This document shows, one piece after another, positions 1 through 11,050 of a DNA stretch of 52,056 bases (positions within the stretch are counted from its first letter, which is position 1; each line of letters begins with the position of its first letter). This DNA is from an uncultured Bacillales bacterium (GTDB taxonomy: Bacteria; Bacillota_I; Bacilli_A; RF39; UBA660). Made by a program: the position numbers and the translations under genes. Location of the stretch: contig CAMVAN010000002.1 of NCBI GenBank assembly GCA_947165475.1, forward strand, positions 1-52,056. Direction: 5' to 3'. The notes beneath the pieces were generated by a model. The model had not been told where the DNA came from. It was given only the letters and a program-made list of their open reading frames with translations, and made no database searches.

Positions 1-140
1 AACAAACTATTAAAATTTTCAAATTTTCTATTGACTTCTAATAGTTAGTCACCCTATCTTAATCGTACATTACAAATATATCATAAATGAAATATTTAAC
101 TAGTAATTAAGACAAAATTTTACATTATATTTTTTCTATT

Positions 141-171
141 TTACAATAATAAAACATCTCATTTGAGATGC
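141..171 (-). terminator. Rho-independent terminator downstream of the phosphohexomutase gene
   Basis: Inverted repeat CATCTC(155-160)/GAGATG(165-170) with a 4-nt loop. On the minus-strand transcript it is followed by TTTTATTATT. Confidence 0.6.
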
Positions 172-186
172 TCTATAGATTTTATA

Positions 187-1572
187 TTATATGTTTTCTA
201 GATTCATTTTTAAGATATTTGTAAACTCATTTTGAATCTCTTGGAGTCTTTCTTCTGTTTTAGCTTCAAATCTTACTGTTATATTTGGACCTGTATTGGA
301 ACATCTTATTAGTGCCCATCCGTCTTCAAATTCTACTCTAGCGCCATCTATATCATTATACTTATAGCCTTTTTCTTTTATGTAGTCTATTACTTTATCT
401 ACTATTTGAAATTTAGTATCATCTGTTGCTTTAAACTTTATTTCTTCTGTTGAATAGTAATGATTGATTCCTTCTAATAGTTCTTCTATATTTTTATCTG
501 TATTAGAAAGAATTTCAAGTAATCTTGCTCCAGCATACATTCCACTATCAAATCCTGGCCATTTATCTCTAAAATACACGTGTCCACTTAGTTCTCCGCC
601 AAATGGCAAGTTTTCTTCTCTTACTTTTGCTTTAGTATAAGAATTACCTGTTCGATAGCAAATTCCTTTTGCTCCTAGTTTTTCTATTTCGTCACTTAGT
701 GCTTTTGAACATTTTACATCATATAAGAATTCTTTTTTTTCTACTTTATTTACTAAATCTCTAATAATTAAAATCATATATATGTCTGTTGGAATAAATT
801 TTCCTTTTTGGGTTACTACTCCTAGTCTATCTCCATCTCCATCAAATGATATTCCAACATCTGCGTGAGTTTCTATTACTCTTTTTTTTAGTTGCTCTAA
901 ATTGCTTTCTACACATGGATCTGGATGATGATTTGGGAAAGAACCATCACTTTCTTCATTTATGATATCTAATTCAATTGGAAACTTTTCATATATTCTT
1001 CTGCAAAATGGTGATGTTGTTCCATTAGCTGGGTCTATAACAACTTTTAGTTTTTTTGAACCAAAATCTAAACTTTTTTCAAATAATTTTTCATATTCTT
1101 CTTGAATACTATATGTAGTTACTTTTCCTTCTCCTTTTAAGAAATTCCCTTCTAATATTTCTTCTAAAAAATCTTGTATTTCTTTTCCTTTACAATTCCC
1201 TGACTCGTCGAATGCAAATTTCATACCGTTATCATCTTTTGGATTATGTGATGCTGTTACCATTACTCCACTTGGTGTTTTTAAATATATGCATGCATAG
1301 TAATACATTGGAGTTGTACATAGCCCAAGTGATATGATATCTACTCCAGTTTCTGTTATTCCTTTTATTAGAGCTTCATATAATGCTGGAGAAGATAATC
1401 TATTGTCATGACCAACTATACATTTATTATATCCATTTTTTTTAATATGAGTTCCAAATCCTAGCCCAAATGTATAAGCAGTATCACAATCTAATTCTGT
1501 TGGATATATTCCTCTTACATCGTATCCTCTAAATATATTTTTATTTATATTTTGTTTAATTTTATAATCCAT
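187..1572 (-). CDS. Phosphomannomutase/phosphoglucomutase (alpha-D-phosphohexomutase family)
   Basis: N-terminal FRGYDVRG. Active-site serine loop TASHNP. Metal loop DGDGDR. Sugar loop GELSGH. The 461-aa length is typical of the family. Confidence 0.9.
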   Translation of the reverse strand: MDYKIKQNINKNIFRGYDVRGIYPTELDCDTAYTFGLGFGTHIKKNGYNKCIVGHDNRLSSPALYEALIKGITETGVDIISLGLCTTPMYYYACIYLKTPSGVMVTASHNPKDDNGMKFAFDESGNCKGKEIQDFLEEILEGNFLKGEGKVTTYSIQEEYEKLFEKSLDFGSKKLKVVIDPANGTTSPFCRRIYEKFPIELDIINEESDGSFPNHHPDPCVESNLEQLKKRVIETHADVGISFDGDGDRLGVVTQKGKFIPTDIYMILIIRDLVNKVEKKEFLYDVKCSKALSDEIEKLGAKGICYRTGNSYTKAKVREENLPFGGELSGHVYFRDKWPGFDSGMYAGARLLEILSNTDKNIEELLEGINHYYSTEEIKFKATDDTKFQIVDKVIDYIKEKGYKYNDIDGARVEFEDGWALIRCSNTGPNITVRFEAKTEERLQEIQNEFTNILKMNLENI

Positions 1573-1630
1573 TTTATACCTCCTATTTTTTTAATAATAG
1601 CATATTTTCTATTAAAAAAAAAGAAGCCTG

Positions 1631-2347
1631 TTACTTCTTTCTATTCCATAGTCTCTTTTTTTTCTTTTTATTAATTATAAAGTCTTCTACTTTTATATAA
1701 TTTTTATAATTTAAAAAATTAGGAAATGCATAGAATAGTCTTCTATAAAATAAACTATATTTTTGTAATTGTGCTATTACTTCTTTTCTAACAATAGCAG
1801 TTGAGTCTTTTGATGTATATTTTTTTGTATTAATTTTTAATTTTGAAATAGTATAGGTTGATATTATAAAGTCTGATAATAAAATTATAAATAATATTAT
1901 TCCTATTACTATTATTTGTTTTTTTGTTAGAAAACTTAGTAAATATACTAAAAATGGTTGAATGAAACATACAATTATTATTCCAAATATTCCAAAGGCT
2001 ACTCCTGTTTCTAAAGATATTCTTCCATTTAAATTCATTTTCCTTTTAGAATAATCCCACCATCTTAGTTTAAATATTTTTTCTAGTACTAAGCTTGTTA
2101 TATACTCTAATGTACAGGAATAAGCTACACTTAATACAAATAAATTTACAATATCATTTTTATATTTTGAAAGAAATAGGGCACCACCAAGCCCCCCGCA
2201 TCCAAATATTGGAAGATAGGGTCCTATTAAATATCCTCTGCTCAATGTTAATTTTTTTTCGGTTATGGATACTGATATAATTTCAATTAAATATCCCATT
2301 ACAGAGTATATAAAAAATAATATTACGTTATAGAAAAACTCTGTCAT
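1631..2347 (-). CDS. Multi-pass membrane protein resembling the 'putative ABC-transporter type IV' family (PF06541-like)
   Basis: The N-terminus FFIYSVMGYLIEI...GPYLPIFGCGG is typical of that family. Several predicted TM helices and a basic C-tail. Confidence 0.55.
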   Translation of the reverse strand: MTEFFYNVILFFIYSVMGYLIEIISVSITEKKLTLSRGYLIGPYLPIFGCGGLGGALFLSKYKNDIVNLFVLSVAYSCTLEYITSLVLEKIFKLRWWDYSKRKMNLNGRISLETGVAFGIFGIIIVCFIQPFLVYLLSFLTKKQIIVIGIILFIILLSDFIISTYTISKLKINTKKYTSKDSTAIVRKEVIAQLQKYSLFYRRLFYAFPNFLNYKNYIKVEDFIINKKKKKRLWNRKK

Positions 2348-2359
2348 ATAATTCTCCTT

Positions 2360-2872
2360 TTATATAAAAATTTTTAAAAAGCCAAAGGATATTAACATCA
2401 TTATAATACTTGCTATTAATACTCCTAAAATGGCCGCAATAAAAGCTTTTTTTCTATTCATTTCTAGGACTGCTGCGATTAGACAACCTGTCCATGCACC
2501 TGTTCCTGGAAGCGGAATTCCTACAAATAGAACTAGTCCCCAAAAACCATATTTTTCTATTTGATCTTTGTGTTTTATTACTTTTTTATCTAGCCATTTT
2601 ACTATTTTTTCTAATTTTTTCTTTTTTCTCATCCAATTTAATATATTATTTATAAACCATAGTATAAATGGAATGGGAATTATGTTTCCTATTACAGCAA
2701 TTATATAACTTTCTAATGGATTTAAATTAAGAAGTGATGCGGCTAAAAGGCCTCCTCTTAACTCAAGTATTGGCATTAGTGATATGATAAATACTATTAG
2801 TTCTTTTCCAAATGGAATTACTTTTAAACTACTAAATAATGATAAAATAAATGCAACTATTTTTTCTACCAT
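2360..2872 (-). CDS. Small multidrug-export-like membrane protein (COG2426/PF06695-like)
   Basis: LELRGGL motif near the N-terminus and GIPLPGTGAWTG loop. About 4 TM helices in 170 aa. Confidence 0.6.
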   Translation of the reverse strand: MVEKIVAFILSLFSSLKVIPFGKELIVFIISLMPILELRGGLLAASLLNLNPLESYIIAVIGNIIPIPFILWFINNILNWMRKKKKLEKIVKWLDKKVIKHKDQIEKYGFWGLVLFVGIPLPGTGAWTGCLIAAVLEMNRKKAFIAAILGVLIASIIMMLISFGFLKIFI

Positions 2873-2879
2873 ATGACAC

Positions 2880-4496
2880 CTAACTTTCTAATATTTCCAT
2901 GATAACTGGAACAACATGCTTTTTTCTTGATATGCAGTTTTCTATGAAGTCTCCTTCTTGAATATTTTCATTATATGCTAATTTTATGATGTTTTCTCCT
3001 TTTTTATTATATATTACATAACTTCCGTTTTTTATAATATCTGTTACATATAGTGCTACTAAAACAAAATTATTTGCTTCGGCTACTTTATTTAATACTT
3101 CTATATATGAGTCTATGTCTTTTGCTATTTCATCAAAGTTCATTGTAAAGAATTGTCCTATTGCAAAATTTTTATCATTCACTGTAAATATTTTATAATC
3201 ATTATATAATACATCTTCTTTTGTCATACCTTCTAGAGATGTTCCTGATTTTAACAGATTCATTCCATAGTCTTGATAATCCACTTCAGCTATTTCTGAT
3301 AAGTATTTTACTGCTTCTTTGTCTTTTTCTGTTGTTGTTGGACTTTTTAATACTAAAGTATCTGAAAGAATTCCTGATAATAGAACTCCTGCTATTTGTT
3401 TTGGGATGGTTATTTGTCTTTCTAAATATAATAAGTATATAATTGTACAAGTAGAACCTACGGACATATTTCTAAAATTTATTGGATTATTTGTTGTAAT
3501 ACTTCCTAAATTATGATGATCAATTATTTCTACAATTTCTGCTTCTTCTAATCCTTCTACACTTTGTAATTTTTCATTGTGGTCTACTAATATTACTTTT
3601 TTAGGTGTCTTGGAACTTAAATCTGTTACTTTTAATAAACCTAAACATTTATTATTTTTATCTATAACTGGATAATTTGTATGTTTTAGTCTATTATTTA
3701 AATCTATTACATCTGATACAAAATCTGTTTCTAAAAAATAATTTGGTTTTACTATTCTTATCATTGTTTTTATATAATTACTTAAACTTATTAATCTAGA
3801 TACATGGTAAGTATCATATGGAGTTCTTATTATATTTACATGGTTCATTTTAGCAAGTTCTATATGTTCATTTTTTATATATGAGTCTCCTGATAATATA
3901 ATTAATTTTACTGATGAATTAATAGCGTACTCTATTACACTATGTCTATCTCCTACTATTACTATATCGTTTGGAGATAATTCTACATTGTCAATAAATG
4001 TAGTGCTTCTAAATGCTACTACAAGTAATTTTCCTATTATTTCTTCATCTGATTGATTTATAATTTCTCCTTTTAATACATGAAGTATATTATTAAATGA
4101 TGTATATAAATTTTCTATATTTTCATTTACTAATATTTGACTTAAGTCTTTTAATGTTATCAACCCTGAAAAAATATTATTATCTTTTGTAATTGGTAAG
4201 GCTGTTAGTTCTTCTTTTAACATATATTGATATCCATCATAAATACTTGCTGTTTCTTTTATATAAAAATTTTTATGATAATCTACATCTTTTACTTGTA
4301 ATTTTACATCATTTAGGTATTTTGGTTGTTTTATATGAAAATAATTTAATGCATATTGTGATTCTTTATTTATTGTTCCTAGTACTCTAGCCTCTGTATT
4401 ATCCCCTAATTGATTCTTTAAAAAAGAAAGGCCTATTGCGGACATTACTGAGTCTGAGTCTGGCTTTTTATGACCAAATATATATGTTTTTTTCAT
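2880..4496 (-). CDS. CBS-domain-containing family II (DHH/DHHA2) inorganic pyrophosphatase
   Basis: DHH N-terminus GHKKPDSDS, an internal CBS/DRTGG-like insert, DHN and DHHNLGS motifs, and a DHHA2-like C-terminus. The 538-aa length matches CBS-PPases. Confidence 0.85.
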   Translation of the reverse strand: MKKTYIFGHKKPDSDSVMSAIGLSFLKNQLGDNTEARVLGTINKESQYALNYFHIKQPKYLNDVKLQVKDVDYHKNFYIKETASIYDGYQYMLKEELTALPITKDNNIFSGLITLKDLSQILVNENIENLYTSFNNILHVLKGEIINQSDEEIIGKLLVVAFRSTTFIDNVELSPNDIVIVGDRHSVIEYAINSSVKLIILSGDSYIKNEHIELAKMNHVNIIRTPYDTYHVSRLISLSNYIKTMIRIVKPNYFLETDFVSDVIDLNNRLKHTNYPVIDKNNKCLGLLKVTDLSSKTPKKVILVDHNEKLQSVEGLEEAEIVEIIDHHNLGSITTNNPINFRNMSVGSTCTIIYLLYLERQITIPKQIAGVLLSGILSDTLVLKSPTTTEKDKEAVKYLSEIAEVDYQDYGMNLLKSGTSLEGMTKEDVLYNDYKIFTVNDKNFAIGQFFTMNFDEIAKDIDSYIEVLNKVAEANNFVLVALYVTDIIKNGSYVIYNKKGENIIKLAYNENIQEGDFIENCISRKKHVVPVIMEILES

Positions 4497-4587
4497 TTTG
4501 TTCCCTCTTTCTTTTTGTTAAGTATAACATAAAAAACATATTATTAAAAGAGTATAAGAATACTCTTGTTATTATTAAAATAGCTAT

Positions 4588-4926
4588 TTATTTTTTATTA
4601 TTATTTATATATAACAATAATTCATATATAAATAGACAATTAATACCAATTAATATAATATAAAAGCCAATTTTTAAGTTTTCAATATATTTTATAATAG
4701 ATAATGTTCTAAATAAATACAATAATAAACTCATAATTACTGGTATTATTGAAAATTTTTCTTTTTTTATTATTATTAAAATCATTGATATTATTAGAAG
4801 ACCTGATAATAAGAATCCTTCTCCTTTAATATATGAATAATTTATTCCTAATATTGATATAAATGGTAGAAAACATCCTATTATACCTAATATGCATCCT
4901 ATTATACCTATATATTTTTTATTCAT
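4588..4926 (-). CDS. Small hypothetical integral membrane protein
   Basis: 112 aa with about 4 hydrophobic segments and no recognisable motif. Same strand as its neighbours. Confidence 0.45.
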   Translation of the reverse strand: MNKKYIGIIGCILGIIGCFLPFISILGINYSYIKGEGFLLSGLLIISMILIIIKKEKFSIIPVIMSLLLYLFRTLSIIKYIENLKIGFYIILIGINCLFIYELLLYINNNKK

Positions 4927-4951
4927 AATCTACCTCCATTAATTAATTGTA

Positions 4952-6259
4952 TTATACTAATTCTTTTAAGATATTATCAAGTTCTTCTTTATCGGCATCT
5001 GATATTTCTTCAAGTTGTTGCTCTTTATTTAACCATGCTGGTTGAGGAGATTCTTTTTTATTTGATATTTTTGTATTTTCTTTTTCGGATTTGTTATTAA
5101 TTTTATTTAATTTTTTATGTTCTTTTTCTGTGTATTTCATTGCTTCTTCTACAGTTTCAATATTTAATCTTTTCCATTGACCGGCTAGTGTTTCTACATA
5201 AGATTTTGTTAATTTTTCATTATTTATTTTTAAAACATAACTTATTAGTACATTTACTACTCCTGGTGACAATTTTTGATCAATTAGTAAGTTTTCAATT
5301 AGTCTTTTATCATGATCTGTTGGTTCTGCTCCTTTATATTTTGCTTTTAATAATTGATATGGAGTTATGGTTTCAAAGGTATATACCATTTTTGCCCATT
5401 TAGAATTATCTCCTTTTGGTTTTTTTAAATATTCTGGTTGTCTATTATAAATTAAAGTTGGAAGATTTCCAAAGTTTTCAAATTGATAAAAGTTTCTACA
5501 GTTTTTTCTTAATAGAGTTTTATCTATTAGCCCTTTTTCATTTATTGAGTTTCTTACTATACCTTGCATATCCAGTGAATCAAGATTATATATAAAACTT
5601 AAACTATTAATAAGATCTTTTATTTCATTAGTAAAACACTTTTCATGAATACTATTAGCTGGAAAGCTTGATTGTATTAAATTAAAGTCTATTGATTTGT
5701 TTAGTTGAATATTATTATAGTCTTGTCTTGTGATATCTTTATTTTCTTCTAGAACTGTTCCTCTTACTGAGGTGAATATTTCATCGAATGTTGCTGTGAC
5801 ATCTGTAAAATCTTTTAGGTTTACTCTTGGAGTTTTATAATAGTTTAATACTTTTTCATATTCTTTTTTTCCTAAGTTATTATATAGAACAATATTTAGT
5901 ATAGGATGGTTAAAAAAGTCATGTGCTGATAATGGAGAATATATTAAATATACATATTGGTTAATATTATCTTTTTTATAGTATGTTTTTAGTAATCCTA
6001 CTGCTTCTAATTTTTCTCGTGCTATTACGATATCTTCTAATCTTAGTTGCATTATTGCCATTAAATGGTGATGAGTCTGTTCTGTGCTCATAACTTCTTG
6101 TTTATCTAAATCATCTAAAAAAGTATAAAATAGACTAACAGCGGTATATCCTATGATTGGTTGGTATAACATTGTAATCATTTTTTTATCTTTATCTGTT
6201 ATTACAGTTTTATTAACTACTGTATATGTATCTGCTGGTAAAATTGTTATATTTTTCAT
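4952..6259 (-). CDS. dnaB: Replication initiation and membrane attachment protein (Bacillus-type DnaB, DnaD-domain family)
   Basis: The N-terminal region LYQPIIGYTAVSLFYTFL...EKLEAVGLLKTY closely resembles B. subtilis DnaB. Start moved to the ATG at 6259 (MKNITILPADTY), which follows AGGTGAG. The ORF-track start at 6337 has no RBS. Confidence 0.8.
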   Translation of the reverse strand: MKNITILPADTYTVVNKTVITDKDKKMITMLYQPIIGYTAVSLFYTFLDDLDKQEVMSTEQTHHHLMAIMQLRLEDIVIAREKLEAVGLLKTYYKKDNINQYVYLIYSPLSAHDFFNHPILNIVLYNNLGKKEYEKVLNYYKTPRVNLKDFTDVTATFDEIFTSVRGTVLEENKDITRQDYNNIQLNKSIDFNLIQSSFPANSIHEKCFTNEIKDLINSLSFIYNLDSLDMQGIVRNSINEKGLIDKTLLRKNCRNFYQFENFGNLPTLIYNRQPEYLKKPKGDNSKWAKMVYTFETITPYQLLKAKYKGAEPTDHDKRLIENLLIDQKLSPGVVNVLISYVLKINNEKLTKSYVETLAGQWKRLNIETVEEAMKYTEKEHKKLNKINNKSEKENTKISNKKESPQPAWLNKEQQLEEISDADKEELDNILKELV

Positions 6260-6365
6260 ATAGTACTCACCTACATATTTTATTTTAATACTTTCAAACA
6301 AAAAAGAAAAGTAAATATTAATTACTTTTCTTAGCATTATTAAAGTGAGTATTGTTATTTATACT

Positions 6366-7130
6366 TTATATTTGCAATAGTTTTAATATGATCTCTGGTG
6401 TTATCTTTGTAAAATATAATATGGCACTTCCTATTATCAGAAATGGACCAAATGGTATTAAATTTTGATTCTTTTTCCATAATAGTATTATTGATATAGG
6501 TAGAGCAAGCAAACTACTCAAGAATATACTGAATATTCCGATTATTGGATGAAGTACGAGGCCAAAGACAAACATCATTTTAATATCTCCTCCACCTAGT
6601 GTTTCTTTTTTAAATATAAAATTTCCAAATAACATAATAATATACATTACAGAAAATAGTAAGAAGCCAGATAATATACTCCATAATGCTGTTATTACTC
6701 CATTATTTAATGCTATTATGATTAAAAAATAACCTGTAAAAAAAATTAATAACTCATCTGGTATTATGAAGTATGTTATATCAGATACTGATACTATTAT
6801 TAGTAAAGTAACTATTCCTAATGCGATTAATAAATTATAAGATAATCCAAATACATAATAGCTACAGGCAAATAAAACTCCTGTAAATAATTCCATATAT
6901 GTTGATAAATTTGAAATTTTTGTATGACAATATCTACATTTTCCTTTTAAAAATAAATATGAAATAATTGGAATCATATCTAAAAATGATAATTTATGTT
7001 TACATATATCACAATGACTTCTATTTATTAAAAATGGTTCATGATTTGGTAAATGTTGGCCAACTACAGTATAGAATGATCCCATAAATAATCCGAAAAA
7101 AAAGAAGATAATTATATTTATGTTTATGAT
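6366..7130 (-). CDS. pilD: Prepilin peptidase (A24 family, PilD/ComC type)
   Basis: Zn-finger-like CDICKHKL...CRYC box and GGGDIKM aspartyl motif. TM1 (IINIIIFFFFGLFMGSF) lies upstream of the first ATG (7085). That region is open back to the pilC stop and follows GGAGGA (7137-7142), so a non-ATG start (ATC 7128-7130 or ATA 7125-7127) is inferred. Confidence 0.8.
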   Translation of the reverse strand: MININIIIFFFFGLFMGSFYTVVGQHLPNHEPFLINRSHCDICKHKLSFLDMIPIISYLFLKGKCRYCHTKISNLSTYMELFTGVLFACSYYVFGLSYNLLIALGIVTLLIIVSVSDITYFIIPDELLIFFTGYFLIIIALNNGVITALWSILSGFLLFSVMYIIMLFGNFIFKKETLGGGDIKMMFVFGLVLHPIIGIFSIFLSSLLALPISIILLWKKNQNLIPFGPFLIIGSAILYFTKITPEIILKLLQI

Positions 7131-7145
7131 AGTAATTCCTCCTTT

Positions 7146-8480
7146 TTATTTAATTTGACTATATATTGAAAACATAGGTTGAATAATTGATAATAATATT
7201 ATTCCAACAACTATTGCTAGAAAGCATATTAAAAATGGTTCTACTAAACTTTTCATTTGATCTATAACATTTTTATGTAACATTTGAAAGTGTGTAGCAA
7301 CTTTTTCCATCATTTGTCCTAATTGTCCTGTTGTTTCTCCTGTTACAATCATTTCGTAGGCAACTACTGGAATGGCCCATTCTCCTCTAAATGCAGAGGA
7401 AATTGTATCTCCTTTTCCTAGGTTTTCTAAGGTATTCCCAATTATCCTCTTCATTACTTCGTTGTTTGTTATTTTTGATAGTATTTCCATACTATCTGTT
7501 ATAAATACACCATGATTTAATAATGAGGCAAATGTTTTTGTAAAGTTTGCTATCTCATTATATATTATGATATCTTTTATTACTGGTAAATGCATAAGAA
7601 TTGTTTGTATTGTTTCTCTAAATTTTTGATTTTTTTTAAATATTTGTACAAATATAAATACTAAAGCAACTATACCTATTATTAATAAGTACCAATAGGA
7701 TTTAATAAAGTTACTGATTCCTATTATTGCAAGTGTTAATGCTGGTAATTGTGCTCCGTTTTCTTCAAACATAGATGAAAATTGTGGTACTAAATAGGTT
7801 AACATGAATATTAAAACACCAAATGCAATTGTTAAGACTACTATTGGATAAGTCATTGCTGATTTCATTTGTTTACGTGTTTGATCCATTGATGTATAAT
7901 ATTCTGCCATGTCATCTAATATTGATGGTAAATCTCCTGTCATTTCGGCTGTTTTTACCATATTTATTAATAGTTTTGGATAGACTTTTCCTTGCATATT
8001 CATTGCGTCTGATAGGTTTTCACCTTTTAGTAATTGGTATACTAGTTGAAAAAAACTTTTTTTAATTCCTGGCTTTTTACTTTGTTTTGCTAAAATTCTT
8101 ACCGAGTCTGCTAAGGGAATTCCTGCTTTTAAGTAAGTTGATAATTGAGTGAGTGAAAATGATAAATCACTGGCATTAAATTTACTTGTTCCAATGTCTA
8201 TATCCATTTTGGAACGTTCTTTTACTTCTAATATTTGATAGTCTAGTGATGTTAAAAATGCTCGTACTTCGTCTGCACTTTCTGCATCAAATGTACCTGT
8301 TTCTTTTTTTCCTACTCCGTTAATTATAGTATATCGATACGGAGTTAATGGCCTTGTTATTTTTTTATCATTATTTTTTCTTGGGATTGTTGTTACTTCT
8401 TGTTGAGGTGTTAGTTGTTGAGTTGGTTGTTGATTTGATATTGGTTGATTTTTTTGTTCTTTTTTCTTTCCTCCAAACAT
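7146..8480 (-). CDS. pilC: Type IV pilus / type II secretion platform protein (GspF/PilC/ComGB family)
   Basis: Two GspF-type repeats with the typical layout (…LSxxLxAGIPLxxSVRIL… and …LLNHGVFITDSMEIL…) and 3 TM segments. Unusual Q/T/P-rich N-terminal extension of about 45 aa. Confidence 0.85.
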   Translation of the reverse strand: MFGGKKKEQKNQPISNQQPTQQLTPQQEVTTIPRKNNDKKITRPLTPYRYTIINGVGKKETGTFDAESADEVRAFLTSLDYQILEVKERSKMDIDIGTSKFNASDLSFSLTQLSTYLKAGIPLADSVRILAKQSKKPGIKKSFFQLVYQLLKGENLSDAMNMQGKVYPKLLINMVKTAEMTGDLPSILDDMAEYYTSMDQTRKQMKSAMTYPIVVLTIAFGVLIFMLTYLVPQFSSMFEENGAQLPALTLAIIGISNFIKSYWYLLIIGIVALVFIFVQIFKKNQKFRETIQTILMHLPVIKDIIIYNEIANFTKTFASLLNHGVFITDSMEILSKITNNEVMKRIIGNTLENLGKGDTISSAFRGEWAIPVVAYEMIVTGETTGQLGQMMEKVATHFQMLHKNVIDQMKSLVEPFLICFLAIVVGIILLSIIQPMFSIYSQIK

Positions 8481-8592
8481 AATGTTTCTCCCTCCATCCT
8501 ACTATATTGATTTTAGCATAATTTATAAAAAAGTTAAATATAAAAGTAACATTTTCTTTTTTTTTCATAAACTATATTAAAGAGGTGAATCT

Positions 8593-9994
<1,402 letters not shown>

Positions 9995-10013
9995 CTACTT
10001 TCTAAATAATAGT

Positions 10014-11033
10014 TTAGCTATTTAATTTTTTATAAGTTTTTGGAGGATCTATTTCTTCATAATCTTTATTATATACTTTTAATATTTTTCCTGTATATAT
10101 TTTTTCATCTGCACTTTTATAAGCAAATTTATCTCCAGCTTTCTTACCATATAGAGCTTTTCCTAAATTTGAATTATATTCTACATATTGGCATGGATAT
10201 TCTGTAGTATATGCTCTAGCTATAAATTCTAGGGAATAGAAATAACCATTGTTTAGTGAAAAATCTACAATAGAACCTATTCCAATTGTACTATCATTTG
10301 GTGTATCATTAATTTGCATTTTTAACATCTTATTGAAAAAAGATATTTTTCTTCTTATTTTTCTTTTTTCTTTAATATTATCTATATTGTCTATATTGTC
10401 TTTTAATTTTTTTAGTTCATTTTTTATTAATCTTATTTGACTTTCTGTTATTAATAGATTATTCTTAGAGTTGTCTGTATTATTTTTAATTGTTTTTTCT
10501 ATATTAGTTATTTCTTCTTCTTTATAATTGGAAGAAATAAGTTGAATATAATCGTCCTTTTTTTTACTTATTTTTATTATTTGTATTAATTGTACTGAAC
10601 TGTTATCTAATAGCTTTATTTTTATTATGTCTCCTTCTTTTGCTCCTATTATGCTTTTTCCGATAGGACTCTCTATGGAAATAAATTTATTATCAATTGT
10701 GGATAATGGATTTTGTTCAACTAAATATGCACTCTCTATTTCATCTTCATCTATCCATTTATAATAAAAATATGTTCCAATATCAATACTATCTAAGTTT
10801 CTTTTTTCTATAATATGGGATACCGATATTATTCTTTCTAGTTCTTTTACTCTATTTTTTAAAATATTATATATTTCTTGTGATGGGTTATTTTTTTGTG
10901 CTGACATGTTAGTGTTTTCAAAACCACTTATTTCTTTGCCATTAATCATATCTTCATAATAAATCGGCATTCTTTTATTTGTTTCAACTATTACTTTCTT
11001 TATTTCATATATTTGTTCTGGTATTAATAACAT
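10014..11033 (-). CDS. Protein with two tandem GreA/GreB C-terminal-like modules
   Basis: Two copies of a coiled-coil segment followed by a Gre C-domain signature: SIESPIGKSIIGAKEGDIIKIKL, and NSNLGKALYGKKAGDKFAYKS...GKILKV. Confidence 0.55.
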   Translation of the reverse strand: MLLIPEQIYEIKKVIVETNKRMPIYYEDMINGKEISGFENTNMSAQKNNPSQEIYNILKNRVKELERIISVSHIIEKRNLDSIDIGTYFYYKWIDEDEIESAYLVEQNPLSTIDNKFISIESPIGKSIIGAKEGDIIKIKLLDNSSVQLIQIIKISKKKDDYIQLISSNYKEEEITNIEKTIKNNTDNSKNNLLITESQIRLIKNELKKLKDNIDNIDNIKEKRKIRRKISFFNKMLKMQINDTPNDSTIGIGSIVDFSLNNGYFYSLEFIARAYTTEYPCQYVEYNSNLGKALYGKKAGDKFAYKSADEKIYTGKILKVYNKDYEEIDPPKTYKKLNS

Positions 11034-11050
11034 AAAAATTACTCCTTTTT

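Noticed and set aside
8371-8568. 65-aa minus-strand ORF overlapping the pilC start
   Set aside because: It is in a different frame over the pilC 5' end and extremely basic/Thr-Asn-rich, and the pilC start has the better RBS (GGAGGGAG).
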